Shown here piece after piece: positions 48,535 through 59,491 of a DNA stretch of 64,000 nucleotides. The number at the start of each line of letters is the position of its first letter. The stretch's first letter is position 1. The position numbers and the translations under genes are program-made. The DNA lies in the NCBI GenBank assembly GCA_963559065.1, contig CAUWIY010000002.1, positions 70,002-134,001 of the forward strand. Direction: 5' to 3'. The notes under the pieces are model-generated. The model saw nothing but the letters and a program-made list of their open reading frames with translations. It searched no databases and was not told the DNA's origin. The DNA is from an uncultured Clostridia bacterium. Lineage in GTDB: Bacteria; Bacillota; Clostridia; TANB77; CAG-508.

Positions 48535-49275
48535 TTACATTCCGAATATAAATTTTCCTAATGACATTATTCCTTTAGTAACTCCATTAATTGCTGGTGT
48601 TATTAGTGTTCCTGCTATTCCTGTTATCCAAATTAGTACAAATATAATGTAAAATATTTGCTCATTGTTCATAAACCATTGTTTTGCTTTATATGGTAAA
48701 AATGGCATAATTATTTTTGAACCATCTAGTGGTGGTAAAGGTATTAGGTTAAATACCCCTAATCCTATGTTAATTGATATTGTAGATGATATTAATATTA
48801 TTATGATTTGACCAACTGTTGATGTTATAAATGATATACTTGCAAATTTATATATTGCATAATATATTAATGCAAATATTATTGCTAATATAAAGTTCAT
48901 TAGCGGTCCTGCAAGTGATACAATTGCTTCCCCTTTTTCCATAGACATTTTTCTTGTATAATTTCTTGGATTTACTTCTACTGGTTTCCCCCAACCAAAT
49001 CCCGCAAATAGTAACATTAGTGTTCCTATTGGGTCTAAATGTGCAAATGGATTTAAGCTAAGTCTTCCTTGACTTTTTGCTGTGTCATCTCCTAATTTGT
49101 AGGCTGCATATCCATGTGCAAATTCATGGAATGTTATTGCTATAAGCACTCCTGGTGCACTTAGTAATAATCCCATTAATTCTCCTGGATTTGCAGCATA
49201 TTGTAGCAAAATAAATCCTAACATTACTGCCATTATTATATACATTGTTCTTTTATCAAACGAAAAATTAAACAT
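48535..49275 (-). CDS. site-2 protease family (M50) membrane metalloprotease
   Basis: HEFAHG zinc motif within a TM helix, 6 TM segments, and a distal NLIPLPPLDG motif. Confidence 0.75.
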   Translation of the reverse strand: MFNFSFDKRTMYIIMAVMLGFILLQYAANPGELMGLLLSAPGVLIAITFHEFAHGYAAYKLGDDTAKSQGRLSLNPFAHLDPIGTLMLLFAGFGWGKPVEVNPRNYTRKMSMEKGEAIVSLAGPLMNFILAIIFALIYYAIYKFASISFITSTVGQIIIILISSTISINIGLGVFNLIPLPPLDGSKIIMPFLPYKAKQWFMNNEQIFYIIFVLIWITGIAGTLITPAINGVTKGIMSLGKFIFGM

Positions 49276-49289
49276 AACTTTTCTCCTTT

Positions 49290-50792
49290 CTAGTTTAGAG
49301 GTTTCATTGTTGGGAATAATAATACATCTCTTATTGAAGCAGAATCAGTTAATAGCATTATTAATCTATCAATTCCTATTCCTAATCCACCTGTTGGAGG
49401 CATACCATATTCTAGTGCTTGTATAAAGTCTTCATCCATCATTCCAGCTTCTTCGTCCCCAGCATTTCTAGCTTCAACTTGTTTTTTAAATCTTTCATAT
49501 TGGTCTATTGGGTCATTTAATTCTGAGAAAGCATTTCCATATTCTCTTCCTCCAATAAATACTTCAAATCTCTCTGTTAATCTTGAGTCTTTTGAACATC
49601 TTTTTGCAAGTGGTGAAATTTCTACTGGATAATCATATATAAATGTTGGTTGTATTAGTGTTTTTTCTACATATTCATCAAAGAATAAGCTGATTACATC
49701 TCCTCTTGTTTCTTTTGTCTCATCTGGAATTTCTATTCCTCTTTCTTTAGCTAATTTTACTGCTTCTTCATCTGAGTTTATTTCATTAAAATCAATTCCA
49801 CAAGCTTCTTTTATACTATCTATCATAGTGATTCTCTTCCATCCTGGAGTTAAGTCTATGTCTTGACCTTGATATGTAATTTTTGTTGTTCCTAATACTT
49901 TATTAGCGCATTTTGTAAATATTTCTTCTGTTATATCCATCATATCATTGTAGTCTTCATATGCTGCATATAGTTCTATTGTTGTAAATTCTGGATTGTG
50001 TCTTATGTCCATTCCTTCATTTCTGAATATTCTTCCCATTTCATATACTTTATCATATCCACCAACAATTAATCTTTTTAAGTTTAATTCTGTTGCAATT
50101 CTTAAATACATTGGTAAGTCTAGTGCATTGTGATGTGTCATAAATGGTTTTGCAGTTGCTCCACCTGATATTGTGTTTAAAATTGGTGTTTCAACTTCTA
50201 AATATCCTTTTTCATCTAATATTCTTCTTATTTCAGTAACAATTTTGCTTCTTGTTTCAAAAGTTTTCTTTACTTCTGGATTCATTATTAAATCAACATA
50301 TCTTTGTCTATATCTTAGGTCTGTATCTTTTAGTCCATGAAATTTTTCTGGTAATGGTCTTAATGATTTTGAAAGTAATGTTACTTCTTTTGCATGTACT
50401 GATATTTCTTCTGTTCTTGTTTTGAATACAAATCCTGTAATTCCTATTATATCTCCAATATCATATGTTTTAAATGCTTTGTAGCTTTCTTCTCCCAAAT
50501 CATTTATACTTACATAACTTTGAATTTTTTCATCACTGTCTTGTATTGTGCAAAAAGATGCTTTTCCCATTATTCTTTTTGCTATAATTCTTCCTGCTAC
50601 AGTAACATCTTTTTGTTCAAATTGTTCATAATTTGCTTTTATTTCTCCTGCTGTATTTGTTCTATTAAATTTTGTAATTTCAAAAGGGTCTTTTCCTTCT
50701 TCTTGTAATTCCTTTAACTTATCTCTTCTTATTTGCATTAAATGATTAATATCTAACTCTTCTATTTGTTCATTATTTTGATTTTCGCTCAT
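49290..50792 (-). CDS. lysS: lysine--tRNA ligase (class II)
   Basis: OB-fold N-domain and class II motifs ([15 protein letters not shown]). The ATG at 50792 with a GGAG RBS is preferred. The track extension to 50849 reads through a hairpin. Confidence 0.92.
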   Translation of the reverse strand: MSENQNNEQIEELDINHLMQIRRDKLKELQEEGKDPFEITKFNRTNTAGEIKANYEQFEQKDVTVAGRIIAKRIMGKASFCTIQDSDEKIQSYVSINDLGEESYKAFKTYDIGDIIGITGFVFKTRTEEISVHAKEVTLLSKSLRPLPEKFHGLKDTDLRYRQRYVDLIMNPEVKKTFETRSKIVTEIRRILDEKGYLEVETPILNTISGGATAKPFMTHHNALDLPMYLRIATELNLKRLIVGGYDKVYEMGRIFRNEGMDIRHNPEFTTIELYAAYEDYNDMMDITEEIFTKCANKVLGTTKITYQGQDIDLTPGWKRITMIDSIKEACGIDFNEINSDEEAVKLAKERGIEIPDETKETRGDVISLFFDEYVEKTLIQPTFIYDYPVEISPLAKRCSKDSRLTERFEVFIGGREYGNAFSELNDPIDQYERFKKQVEARNAGDEEAGMMDEDFIQALEYGMPPTGGLGIGIDRLIMLLTDSASIRDVLLFPTMKPLN

Positions 50793-50804
50793 TTTTTCTC
50801 CTAT

Positions 50805-50919
50805 CCTTTCGACCAATATGGACGTTCTTAAATTGGTCGAAATTTTCACATTTATTTTTTATTATAGTTTTTTATATTTTTTCTTTCAACCAATTTAGCA
50901 ACGTCCATATTGGTTGAAA
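50805..50919. repeat. inverted pair of about 36-nt hairpin units flanking a promoter-bearing spacer
   Basis: TTTCGACCAATATGGACGTTCTTAAATTGGTCGAAA (50807-50842) matches the reverse complement of 50884-50919 at 32 of 36 positions. Each unit is itself an 11-bp hairpin. Confidence 0.8.
50861..50889 (-). promoter_or_regulatory. sigma-70 promoter for lysS inside the inverted-repeat element
   Basis: On the minus strand: TTGAAA (50884-50889, inside the right arm), 17-nt spacer, TATAAT (50861-50866). Confidence 0.55.
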
Positions 50920-50923
50920 TTCT

Positions 50924-52321
<1,398 letters not shown>

Positions 52322-52322
52322 G

Positions 52323-53336
52323 TTATTCAAAGTAGTTTAGTTGCATTGCTGTTTTTACTTTTTTCATTGTTTCTTTTGCTACTTTTCTTGCTTTTTCTGT
52401 TCCTTCTATTAGGATTTTATCTACTTCTTCTGGATGTGCTTCATAGTAAGCTCTTTTTTCTCTAATTGGTTTTAATGTTTCTATAATGTTTGTTGCTAGT
52501 TGTCTTTTGCATGCTACACATCCTCTTTTTCCTGCTTTGCATTCTTCACATACTGTTTTTACTTCTTCTGGTTTTGTAAATAGGTTGTGATAATATGCAA
52601 CCATACATACATCAGGATTTCCTAAGTCGTCTTTTTTTATTCTATTTGGGTCTGTTACGGCTCCCATTACTTTTCTTGTTATTTCTTCTTCACTGTCTGA
52701 TAAATAAATTGCATTTCCTAATGATTTTCCCATTTTTTCGTTTCCATCTAGTCCTTTAATTCTTTTTGAACTTGATAAAACCGCTTTTGGTTCTTTTAGT
52801 ACTCCTTCTCCATATATACTATTGAATTTTCTAACTATTTCTCTACATTGTTCAATTAGTGGCAGTTGATCTTCTCCAACTGGAACTAGTTCTCCTTCAA
52901 ATGTTGTTATATCAGCAGCTTGGCTTACTGGATATCCTAAAAATCCATATGTTACACTTTCTCCAAATATTTCTTTTTTTTGGGCAAGTTCTGTTTTTAC
53001 TGTTGGGTTTCTTTCTAGTCTTGCTATTGTAACTAAATTTGAGTAAAACACGGTTAGTTCTGCTGTTTCTGGTATCATTGATTGTACATATATTGTTGTT
53101 TTTTTAGGATCTATTCCTACTGATAAGTAATCTATTGCTACTTCTCTAACGTTTTTTCTTACTTTTTCAGGATTGCTAAAATTATCTGTAAGTGCTTGCA
53201 CATCAGCTATTAATATATATGGGTCATATTCCGGATTTTCTTGCATTTCAAGTCTAGTTTTTAATGAGCCAAAATAATGCCCTATGTGTAATCTCCCTGT
53301 TGGTCTATCTCCAGTTAATATTCTTTTCTTTTCCAT
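52323..53336 (-). CDS. trpS: tryptophan--tRNA ligase
   Basis: HIGH motif (GRLHIGHY), KMSKS motif (KMGKS), and a Cys cluster near the C-terminus. Confidence 0.92.
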   Translation of the reverse strand: MEKKRILTGDRPTGRLHIGHYFGSLKTRLEMQENPEYDPYILIADVQALTDNFSNPEKVRKNVREVAIDYLSVGIDPKKTTIYVQSMIPETAELTVFYSNLVTIARLERNPTVKTELAQKKEIFGESVTYGFLGYPVSQAADITTFEGELVPVGEDQLPLIEQCREIVRKFNSIYGEGVLKEPKAVLSSSKRIKGLDGNEKMGKSLGNAIYLSDSEEEITRKVMGAVTDPNRIKKDDLGNPDVCMVAYYHNLFTKPEEVKTVCEECKAGKRGCVACKRQLATNIIETLKPIREKRAYYEAHPEEVDKILIEGTEKARKVAKETMKKVKTAMQLNYFE

Positions 53337-53381
53337 TTTTCTAAACCACTTCCTTTTTCGTACTGCATAAATGATATTAGA

Positions 53382-53410
53382 ATTATAACATATATTGGGT
53401 AAAATTTCAA
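53382..53410 (-). promoter_or_regulatory. consensus sigma-70 promoter for trpS
   Basis: On the minus strand: TTGAAA (53405-53410), 17-nt spacer, TATAAT (53382-53387). The leader is only about 45 nt. Confidence 0.6.
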
Positions 53411-53423
53411 ATTTTAAATATAT

Positions 53424-53858
53424 TTATTTAATTATTTTTTTTAATAAATTTTTTATTTTTTGAAATATTGTATCTTTTTTCACTTCAACTAGTTCGACAC
53501 AATCTGTATTTTGTTTTTTCTTTGTAAAAAGCCTATCATAATTATATTTTTCTTTTTGAGCATTTTGATAATTTTTTTCATTTAAATTCCATTGTTCTAA
53601 AATTTCTTTTTTTTCATCTTTTTCTGCAATATAATCATAATAAATAAGTGATATTAAATCTTTGCTTTTTTCGGAAATTTTTTGTTCTTCAAAACTTTTA
53701 TTTACATCAATATAGAAATTCATCTTTGAATCAGCTGCTTCTTCACATAATTTCGAAATAAGCTTAGTAGGAATGTTTTCAATCATTTTTTTATCAAAGA
53801 AGGATAAGAAAGTAAGTGTTTCTTTTGAAATATCACTAATATTTTGGATATTTTCCAT
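53424..53858 (-). CDS. hypothetical acidic protein (144 aa), partner of the ART-like gene
   Basis: Starts 5 nt after the upstream stop. Glu/Lys/Asp-rich, with no TM segment and no recognised motif. Confidence 0.5.
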   Translation of the reverse strand: MENIQNISDISKETLTFLSFFDKKMIENIPTKLISKLCEEAADSKMNFYIDVNKSFEEQKISEKSKDLISLIYYDYIAEKDEKKEILEQWNLNEKNYQNAQKEKYNYDRLFTKKKQNTDCVELVEVKKDTIFQKIKNLLKKIIK

Positions 53859-53863
53859 TTCTT

Positions 53864-54646
53864 TTAACCCCTCTCACTTATATTTTTATCATCTGTTTTT
53901 TTACTTTTGGTATGTATTTTGGCTTTAATATTTTCAAAAATTTCTTTAATTTTTGATGTTCTTCTCTTTTTTACTACTGTTTTAATATCAGCTTTTGAAT
54001 ATGTTGGATATGTTTCTTCTATTTGTTGTTCATTTTTATCTTTTTGTTCTAAAATATCTAGTTTTTCTTTAAAACTTTTTGTAAAAAACTTATCTTTCAT
54101 ATCCATTGAAACAACTTCTATATTTTTTTGTCCTACCATCTTTTTTACAAATTCAACTTTATCATCTGGAACTGCTAAAAATTTTATATGATTTACTGGT
54201 AAATTTCCAATAACACCGATTTCTGATATATCAGAATTTACGCCCGAAACTTTAAGTCCATTCATGTCTTCAAATGAAGCTCCTATTATTACTCCAAAAT
54301 TCAATAATGAATTTGTAAAATTATTGTCATTTGGCTCAATATTAGCATATCTTATTGCTACATCTAAACAGTCTGTTAAACTTATAAAATTTCTTTTTCC
54401 ATTAATTCTTGACCATTCTTCTCCTGTAAAAACATCTATATTATTTTCTATAGATGTATCTATACTATTTATTCCATATTTTAATATGCTTGGGATTGCA
54501 TTTGCATTTGTTCCATGAAAAAAATGTCCACTGCTTTTTTGTATTGTTTCTATCATTTTTGGATTTGTTGATAGCAAATAAGCCATATTTAATCTTTTTT
54601 TAGCTTCAAGTATTGGATTATTCTTATATAAAACTTCTCTTTCCAT
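53864..54646 (-). CDS. ADP-ribosyltransferase-fold candidate (diphtheria-toxin/PARP H-Y-E-like)
   Basis: FFHGTNANAIPSILKYGI parallels the diphtheria toxin YHGTKPGYVDSIQKGI. NFISLTDCLDVAIRYA parallels GFYSTDNKYDAAGYS. A later SEIG segment is a candidate catalytic Glu. Lys-rich tail. Confidence 0.4.
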   Translation of the reverse strand: MEREVLYKNNPILEAKKRLNMAYLLSTNPKMIETIQKSSGHFFHGTNANAIPSILKYGINSIDTSIENNIDVFTGEEWSRINGKRNFISLTDCLDVAIRYANIEPNDNNFTNSLLNFGVIIGASFEDMNGLKVSGVNSDISEIGVIGNLPVNHIKFLAVPDDKVEFVKKMVGQKNIEVVSMDMKDKFFTKSFKEKLDILEQKDKNEQQIEETYPTYSKADIKTVVKKRRTSKIKEIFENIKAKIHTKSKKTDDKNISERG

Positions 54647-54870
54647 ATGTGAAGAAGCATTTACAGAAAAATTATCAAATCCACCTTCATATAATATGCC
54701 GTTCTATTTTTCTTTTCGTTTCTTCGTCTTTAGCTAATGTTAAAATTTTTTCGGCAACCTCATTGTATATAGGGGCTGTGAATTCATCTTTAGAAAAATC
54801 ACTATATCTCATTTATATAATTCCTTATCCTTTCGTAATGTTATAAATAAATTTATTTTTGTTATTTTAT

Positions 54871-55452
54871 TTAATTTGTTTCATTTAGGATATCTTCTAC
54901 AATCTTACTTAGTACTTTTTCTCTGTCCTTTGAAGTATCAATATATCTTATTCCATATTTAGGACATTCCTCTTTTAGCATTTCGTTACAATTATACCAA
55001 TCTTGTGCATGTTCTAATAAATATTCCTTAGCTAAACCATATGACCAACTCTCTTCAGTATCATATTTAAGGCATTGTTCTACCATATCTTCTGCTGTTA
55101 GATCTCCTAATCCTAAACATATTACTATTGTATTATCAAAATCTACCATTTCTTTAACAATTTTAGGCTGTAATTGTCCGCTCTCTAATATATATCCATA
55201 TTGTTTTGTATCATTTCTAATTAGCAAATTATATAATTCTAAAAGAGTTCTTTGAAAATACTCTCCATGTTCAAATTCTTTTTGTTTATCTACATTTTTT
55301 CTATAATATTGTTCTTCATCTTTTGCTCTAATCATTGCCCATTTTAAAGCATCACTATGTATTAAATTGTAACTATTCACTTTATCTTTTATCATTTTGC
55401 TTAAAGTTGTTTTCCCTGCTCTTCCTATTCCCATAATTAATATATTTTTCAT
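54871..55452 (-). CDS. P-loop NTPase / small-molecule kinase-like protein
   Basis: Walker A motif MGIGRAGKTT at the N-terminus, 193 aa. Paralog of 62107-62676. Confidence 0.6.
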   Translation of the reverse strand: MKNILIMGIGRAGKTTLSKMIKDKVNSYNLIHSDALKWAMIRAKDEEQYYRKNVDKQKEFEHGEYFQRTLLELYNLLIRNDTKQYGYILESGQLQPKIVKEMVDFDNTIVICLGLGDLTAEDMVEQCLKYDTEESWSYGLAKEYLLEHAQDWYNCNEMLKEECPKYGIRYIDTSKDREKVLSKIVEDILNETN

Positions 55453-55488
55453 ACTTATAAATTCCTTTCTATTTGTATGTTGTTATAT

Positions 55489-56775
55489 TTAGATTGATGT
55501 TTGTTCAAGATTGCTATTATTTATCACTTCATCTTCAGCTTCACATTTAACTTCTTCACCATTTAAAATTAATTTATATAATTTTATGCTTATTAAAATT
55601 TCTATAAATGATAATAATGCTATCATTGCTATTACAGTAATCATTTGATTGTCTATTAAAATCAATGTGATTCCAAAACTTATTATTGCTCTTACAATTT
55701 TTCTTGATAATTCCATTATTGTTAACAATGACTGCTGTTCTTCTTTTTCGGTCTTTCTTAATGCTAAGTCTTGCATATATACTTTAAAAGGGTCTCTTAC
55801 AAATAGTATAATTATATATCCAAATGTCATAATACTAAATTTTAATATTAAATTATTTGTAACAAATGAACCTAGCGATATTAGAACAATAGATGCACTA
55901 AGCATTATTGGTAATATTACTCCTATCTTGTCTTTATACTTATTGTGTATCTTATTAAAGGCCATGTTAGAAACAACTCTTACTATACGAGAAATACATA
56001 ATATAGCACCTATTATTAAAGCTGTTTTTTCCACGTCAAAATTTAAAAGTACTTCTTGTTGTATAAATAATTTTCCATTTTCTTGACCTGTATTTACAAT
56101 AGGATAAAATAGTCCATATGAAATAATTAACATTAAAATTATTTTATTATATTTTATCTTTTTATTTGTATTTGGTTTATTTTTTGGTTCTTCTTTAACT
56201 TTATTGTAATTAGAATAGTCTACTATATAAAATGACAATACAAAACATATTATACAAAAAGAAATACAACCAATCATTGGTAAATAGTTATTTAGATTAA
56301 ACATTGCACTTGCTATAAATGAGATAATCATTGTTACTGCTGCATATATGGTATTAGATTTTGTTTTAATTTTTATATATTCGTCATTTTTTTCTTGAAG
56401 TTCAAGATTATTTTTTAATATTACATTTGCCATGTTTTGAAATGTAAATGATATTTCATACATAACTTTTCCTAAAGCTATAACTATATAATTTGTTCCA
56501 AATGTTAGCAATAAACTAGATATTAGCAATGCAAATGAACCTAATCTTACAGAGTTTGTATTTCCAATCTTTTTAATAATTTTTAATAGTGGTGCTTGCA
56601 ATGCTATACATATTATTAATGATACAGTTGTTAAAGAAGCAATTTGTGCTGCACTAAAATGTTTTACTACTGTTAAAAATAATGTGTCTATTGCAACCCA
56701 AAAAAGTAAATCTCCTGATAGTCCTAAATACCATGGAAATATTTTGTTGAATTTTGTTATCTTATCTTTTTTCAT
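55489..56775 (-). CDS. MFS-type transporter
   Basis: 428 aa, about 12 TM segments arranged 6+6 around a central Lys/Asn-rich loop. Confidence 0.65.
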   Translation of the reverse strand: MKKDKITKFNKIFPWYLGLSGDLLFWVAIDTLFLTVVKHFSAAQIASLTTVSLIICIALQAPLLKIIKKIGNTNSVRLGSFALLISSLLLTFGTNYIVIALGKVMYEISFTFQNMANVILKNNLELQEKNDEYIKIKTKSNTIYAAVTMIISFIASAMFNLNNYLPMIGCISFCIICFVLSFYIVDYSNYNKVKEEPKNKPNTNKKIKYNKIILMLIISYGLFYPIVNTGQENGKLFIQQEVLLNFDVEKTALIIGAILCISRIVRVVSNMAFNKIHNKYKDKIGVILPIMLSASIVLISLGSFVTNNLILKFSIMTFGYIIILFVRDPFKVYMQDLALRKTEKEEQQSLLTIMELSRKIVRAIISFGITLILIDNQMITVIAMIALLSFIEILISIKLYKLILNGEEVKCEAEDEVINNSNLEQTSI

Positions 56776-57017
56776 TTTTTCTCCTTATTTTAGTATTCCT
56801 TCATAATAATTTTAAAATAAGCAATTTACGAAGTGTACCTAAATTGTTAGACAAAATCTAGCATTTAGAGGTGTGTTTTTGCTTTTTGCTTTATAAATTA
56901 TCCTTTATTTCAGGAAATAGTAAATAAAGGTTATATTTATGTGTTTTTACAAATTCTGCTATAAAAGGTTTGTCTGCTGGATTTGAAACTCCTCGGGCTG
57001 TGCATAAAATGTCTTTC

Positions 57018-57554
57018 CTACACCTCATATTCTTTTATTTCACAATTTTTTTGTCCACTTAATTTTAGTAACATTCCATCTTCAGGCATTTTTTCAAAAT
57101 AAAACTGTATAGCTCTTGCAACAGCTCCATGAGTAACTAATAATATATTTTTATCACTATATTTAATCTTAATTTCATCCAAAAATTCATGCACTCTATT
57201 AAAAAGCTGTGGTAATGTTTCAAGTCCTTCTATTCGTTTTGTTGAAAAATAATTATAGTATTCATTATCATAATACTCGTCTAATTTTGTTAGTGTAAGT
57301 TTTCCATTGTCTCTTTCCATCAATCTATCATCATATATTACTTCTACATTATTTACATTTACTAATTCCATAGTGTGTTTTGTTCTTTTCATTGGAGAAC
57401 AGATAATTAAATCTATATCTAAATTTTTCACAATCTGACTTGCCTTTATTGCTTGATTTATTCCTTCTTGATTAATGTCTTCATTATATCTTCCATTGTA
57501 TTTTCTTTCAACATTGCAATTTGTTTGTCCATGTCTAATTACATATAATTTCAT
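57018..57554 (-). CDS. histidine phosphatase family protein (phosphoglycerate mutase / CobC-like)
   Basis: Catalytic RHG motif (LYVIRHGQTNCN), a distal His (LVTHGAV), and SPMKRT. Confidence 0.8.
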   Translation of the reverse strand: MKLYVIRHGQTNCNVERKYNGRYNEDINQEGINQAIKASQIVKNLDIDLIICSPMKRTKHTMELVNVNNVEVIYDDRLMERDNGKLTLTKLDEYYDNEYYNYFSTKRIEGLETLPQLFNRVHEFLDEIKIKYSDKNILLVTHGAVARAIQFYFEKMPEDGMLLKLSGQKNCEIKEYEV

Positions 57555-58050
57555 TTTTATTTTTCCTCCTTATATCATTTTTCCATATTGCATAAATCCC
57601 TGTAATTAATAATATAAAATCGCCTAAGACCATAAACCAACTATTATAATAAATATAATATGTACCATATAGTAACCCTGTTGTTATTCCAGATATTCTA
57701 ACTAATTTCATATTTGATTGCCATAAGCAATATGTTCTAATTATTGAACCTATTGTTGGCAATAGTGAAATATATCCATTCCATGTTAGTATGCAATTAA
57801 TTATAATAATGCCTTCAAACAAAAACAAAATAAACAAATAAATATTTTTATGAATTTTTTCTTTATTTATGAATATAAATGTTCTTATAAAATTGATTAT
57901 ACTTAAAATTGCTCCTGTATATGCAGAGATAATAAAATCATAAATTGCTTCAAATAAGCAGTTTATTGATTGAACTATCAAAGATTTTTTTCTTTCTTTT
58001 ATACAAATACTAACTATTAATGCTACAAATGCTAATACACTAAAAATCAT
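57535..58050 (-). CDS. YgjV-like small polytopic membrane protein (possible PnuC/SWEET-related transporter)
   Basis: 171 aa, 5-6 TM segments. General resemblance to the YgjV inner-membrane family. Overlaps the phosphatase gene by 20 nt. Confidence 0.45.
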   Translation of the reverse strand: MIFSVLAFVALIVSICIKERKKSLIVQSINCLFEAIYDFIISAYTGAILSIINFIRTFIFINKEKIHKNIYLFILFLFEGIIIINCILTWNGYISLLPTIGSIIRTYCLWQSNMKLVRISGITTGLLYGTYYIYYNSWFMVLGDFILLITGIYAIWKNDIRRKNKNEIICN

Positions 58051-58051
58051 T

Positions 58052-59491
58052 TTATTCTCCTAATTTTTTGAACAAATCTGTATATATTTTATCAACGTTT
58101 AGATAATTAACTACTGTTATTTTATGATTATTTTCTGTTAGTTCATAAGATGTATTATCCTTAATATTGGGGCAACTAATTTCGCTAGTTTCAAACCAAT
58201 TTTTATTAATCATATATGCTATAACACTTATGTCCCAAATAACTCTTCTTTTTTGGATACCATGTACACCATCATTATAAAATCTTTGGCATAGGTGGGT
58301 ACATAATTCGTTTTTGTCTTTTAAAAAATGTTCTAATTCATATATTGATGTTCTCAAATTTGATGCTACATTTTTGCATGGTATGATTGTTAATTTTACT
58401 TTTGATTTAAAAACAGTTTTTACGGCTTGTACATCTTGTCTGAAATTAAATTCTTTATTATCTTTATTTAAAAAGCTATGTCCTCCTAGCCAAACTATTT
58501 CGATTTTATTTACTATTTTGGGTTCTTTTTTTATGGCAATAGCTACATTTGTTATTGCTCCTATTGCTAAAATATATGTTTTATCATTTTTATTTGCAAT
58601 TTCAATTATTTTATTTACTGCATTGTTTTCTTCATTATTTTCATTTATCATATAATCAGTTGAACCCTTAAATACTTTGTTAGTCCAGTCGAAGTTTAAC
58701 CAATTACATATTTTAATTGTTTCTTTATAACTTTTTTCTATTCCTTCTTCAATTGATATATTATTGTCATGATGATATGGTGCTATTGTAATTGCTTCAA
58801 TATTAAATTTTTCTTGTGATTTTAGTAAATATGAAAGTGCAAAGTGATCATCACATTCATTGTATATATCTGTATCTAAAATTACATTTATTTTCTCTTT
58901 ATCTTCTTTTTTGTTTAATTTAGAAATTCTTTCATATATTTCTTTCCATGTTGAAACTCTATCTAATGTTTGCTCTTTTTGATTATATCTTGTATTCATT
59001 GTATAAACTTTAATACCATTGCTGATTAAATCTAAACATATTCTTGTGCTATCTTCAATCATCAAATCAATATTATTTTCTAAGCATACTACTGTTTTTG
59101 CATGACTGTCATAAGCGTTTGTAAGTATTAATTCATCATAAACAATATCATATTTTTTTAGCCAGTCTTCTGTTAATTTATGAGGGTTTGTATATTCACC
59201 ATTGTTTCTTCCTGTTATAATATATATTTTATGTCCATCTTCTTTTAATTTTTGGATATAATATGATGCGTTGTTTAATGGTTTTAATTTTTTTGCAAAT
59301 TTTTCAATATTTACATTATAAAAACTTTTTTCTTCCTCTTCTGTCCAATCAAACATTCCTCTTCTTAAGTATTCTGGTTTTTCATTTATAATTCCTGTGT
59401 TTCTTAATTCTTTGTCATGATTTAAATATTCTTTTAGTAGTGTATCATCAAAATTAGATATGCAGTTGTCTATATCTATTCCTATTTTCAT
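58052..59491 (-). CDS. fusion protein: HAD 5'(3')-deoxyribonucleotidase-like domain plus inosine/uridine-preferring nucleoside hydrolase domain
   Basis: The N-terminal half has HAD motif I (IGIDIDNCISNF) and ITGR. The C-terminal half has the IUNH motif ILDTDIYNECDDHFAL. The ATG at 59491 follows an AAAGGAGAG RBS. Confidence 0.7.
   Translation of the reverse strand: MKIGIDIDNCISNFDDTLLKEYLNHDKELRNTGIINEKPEYLRRGMFDWTEEEEKSFYNVNIEKFAKKLKPLNNASYYIQKLKEDGHKIYIITGRNNGEYTNPHKLTEDWLKKYDIVYDELILTNAYDSHAKTVVCLENNIDLMIEDSTRICLDLISNGIKVYTMNTRYNQKEQTLDRVSTWKEIYERISKLNKKEDKEKINVILDTDIYNECDDHFALSYLLKSQEKFNIEAITIAPYHHDNNISIEEGIEKSYKETIKICNWLNFDWTNKVFKGSTDYMINENNEENNAVNKIIEIANKNDKTYILAIGAITNVAIAIKKEPKIVNKIEIVWLGGHSFLNKDNKEFNFRQDVQAVKTVFKSKVKLTIIPCKNVASNLRTSIYELEHFLKDKNELCTHLCQRFYNDGVHGIQKRRVIWDISVIAYMINKNWFETSEISCPNIKDNTSYELTENNHKITVVNYLNVDKIYTDLFKKLGE

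Noticed and set aside
50793-50849. 19-codon N-terminal extension of lysS in the ORF track ([19 protein letters not shown]).
   Set aside because: It reads through one arm of the inverted repeat. A GGAG RBS precedes the internal ATG at 50792, which starts the conserved LysRS N-terminus.
53337-53423. Possible T-box leader upstream of trpS (and likewise upstream of lysS).
   Set aside because: Only about 45 nt lies between a consensus promoter and the start codon. There is no specifier hairpin or T-box sequence, and the leader is too short.
56880-57017. Open frame directly after the histidine phosphatase stop, reading ...ILCTARGVSNPADKPFIAEFVKTHKYNLYLLFPEIKDNL.
   Set aside because: It has no start codon or RBS and is only about 45 codons. 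It could be a gene remnant, but I cannot match it to a family.
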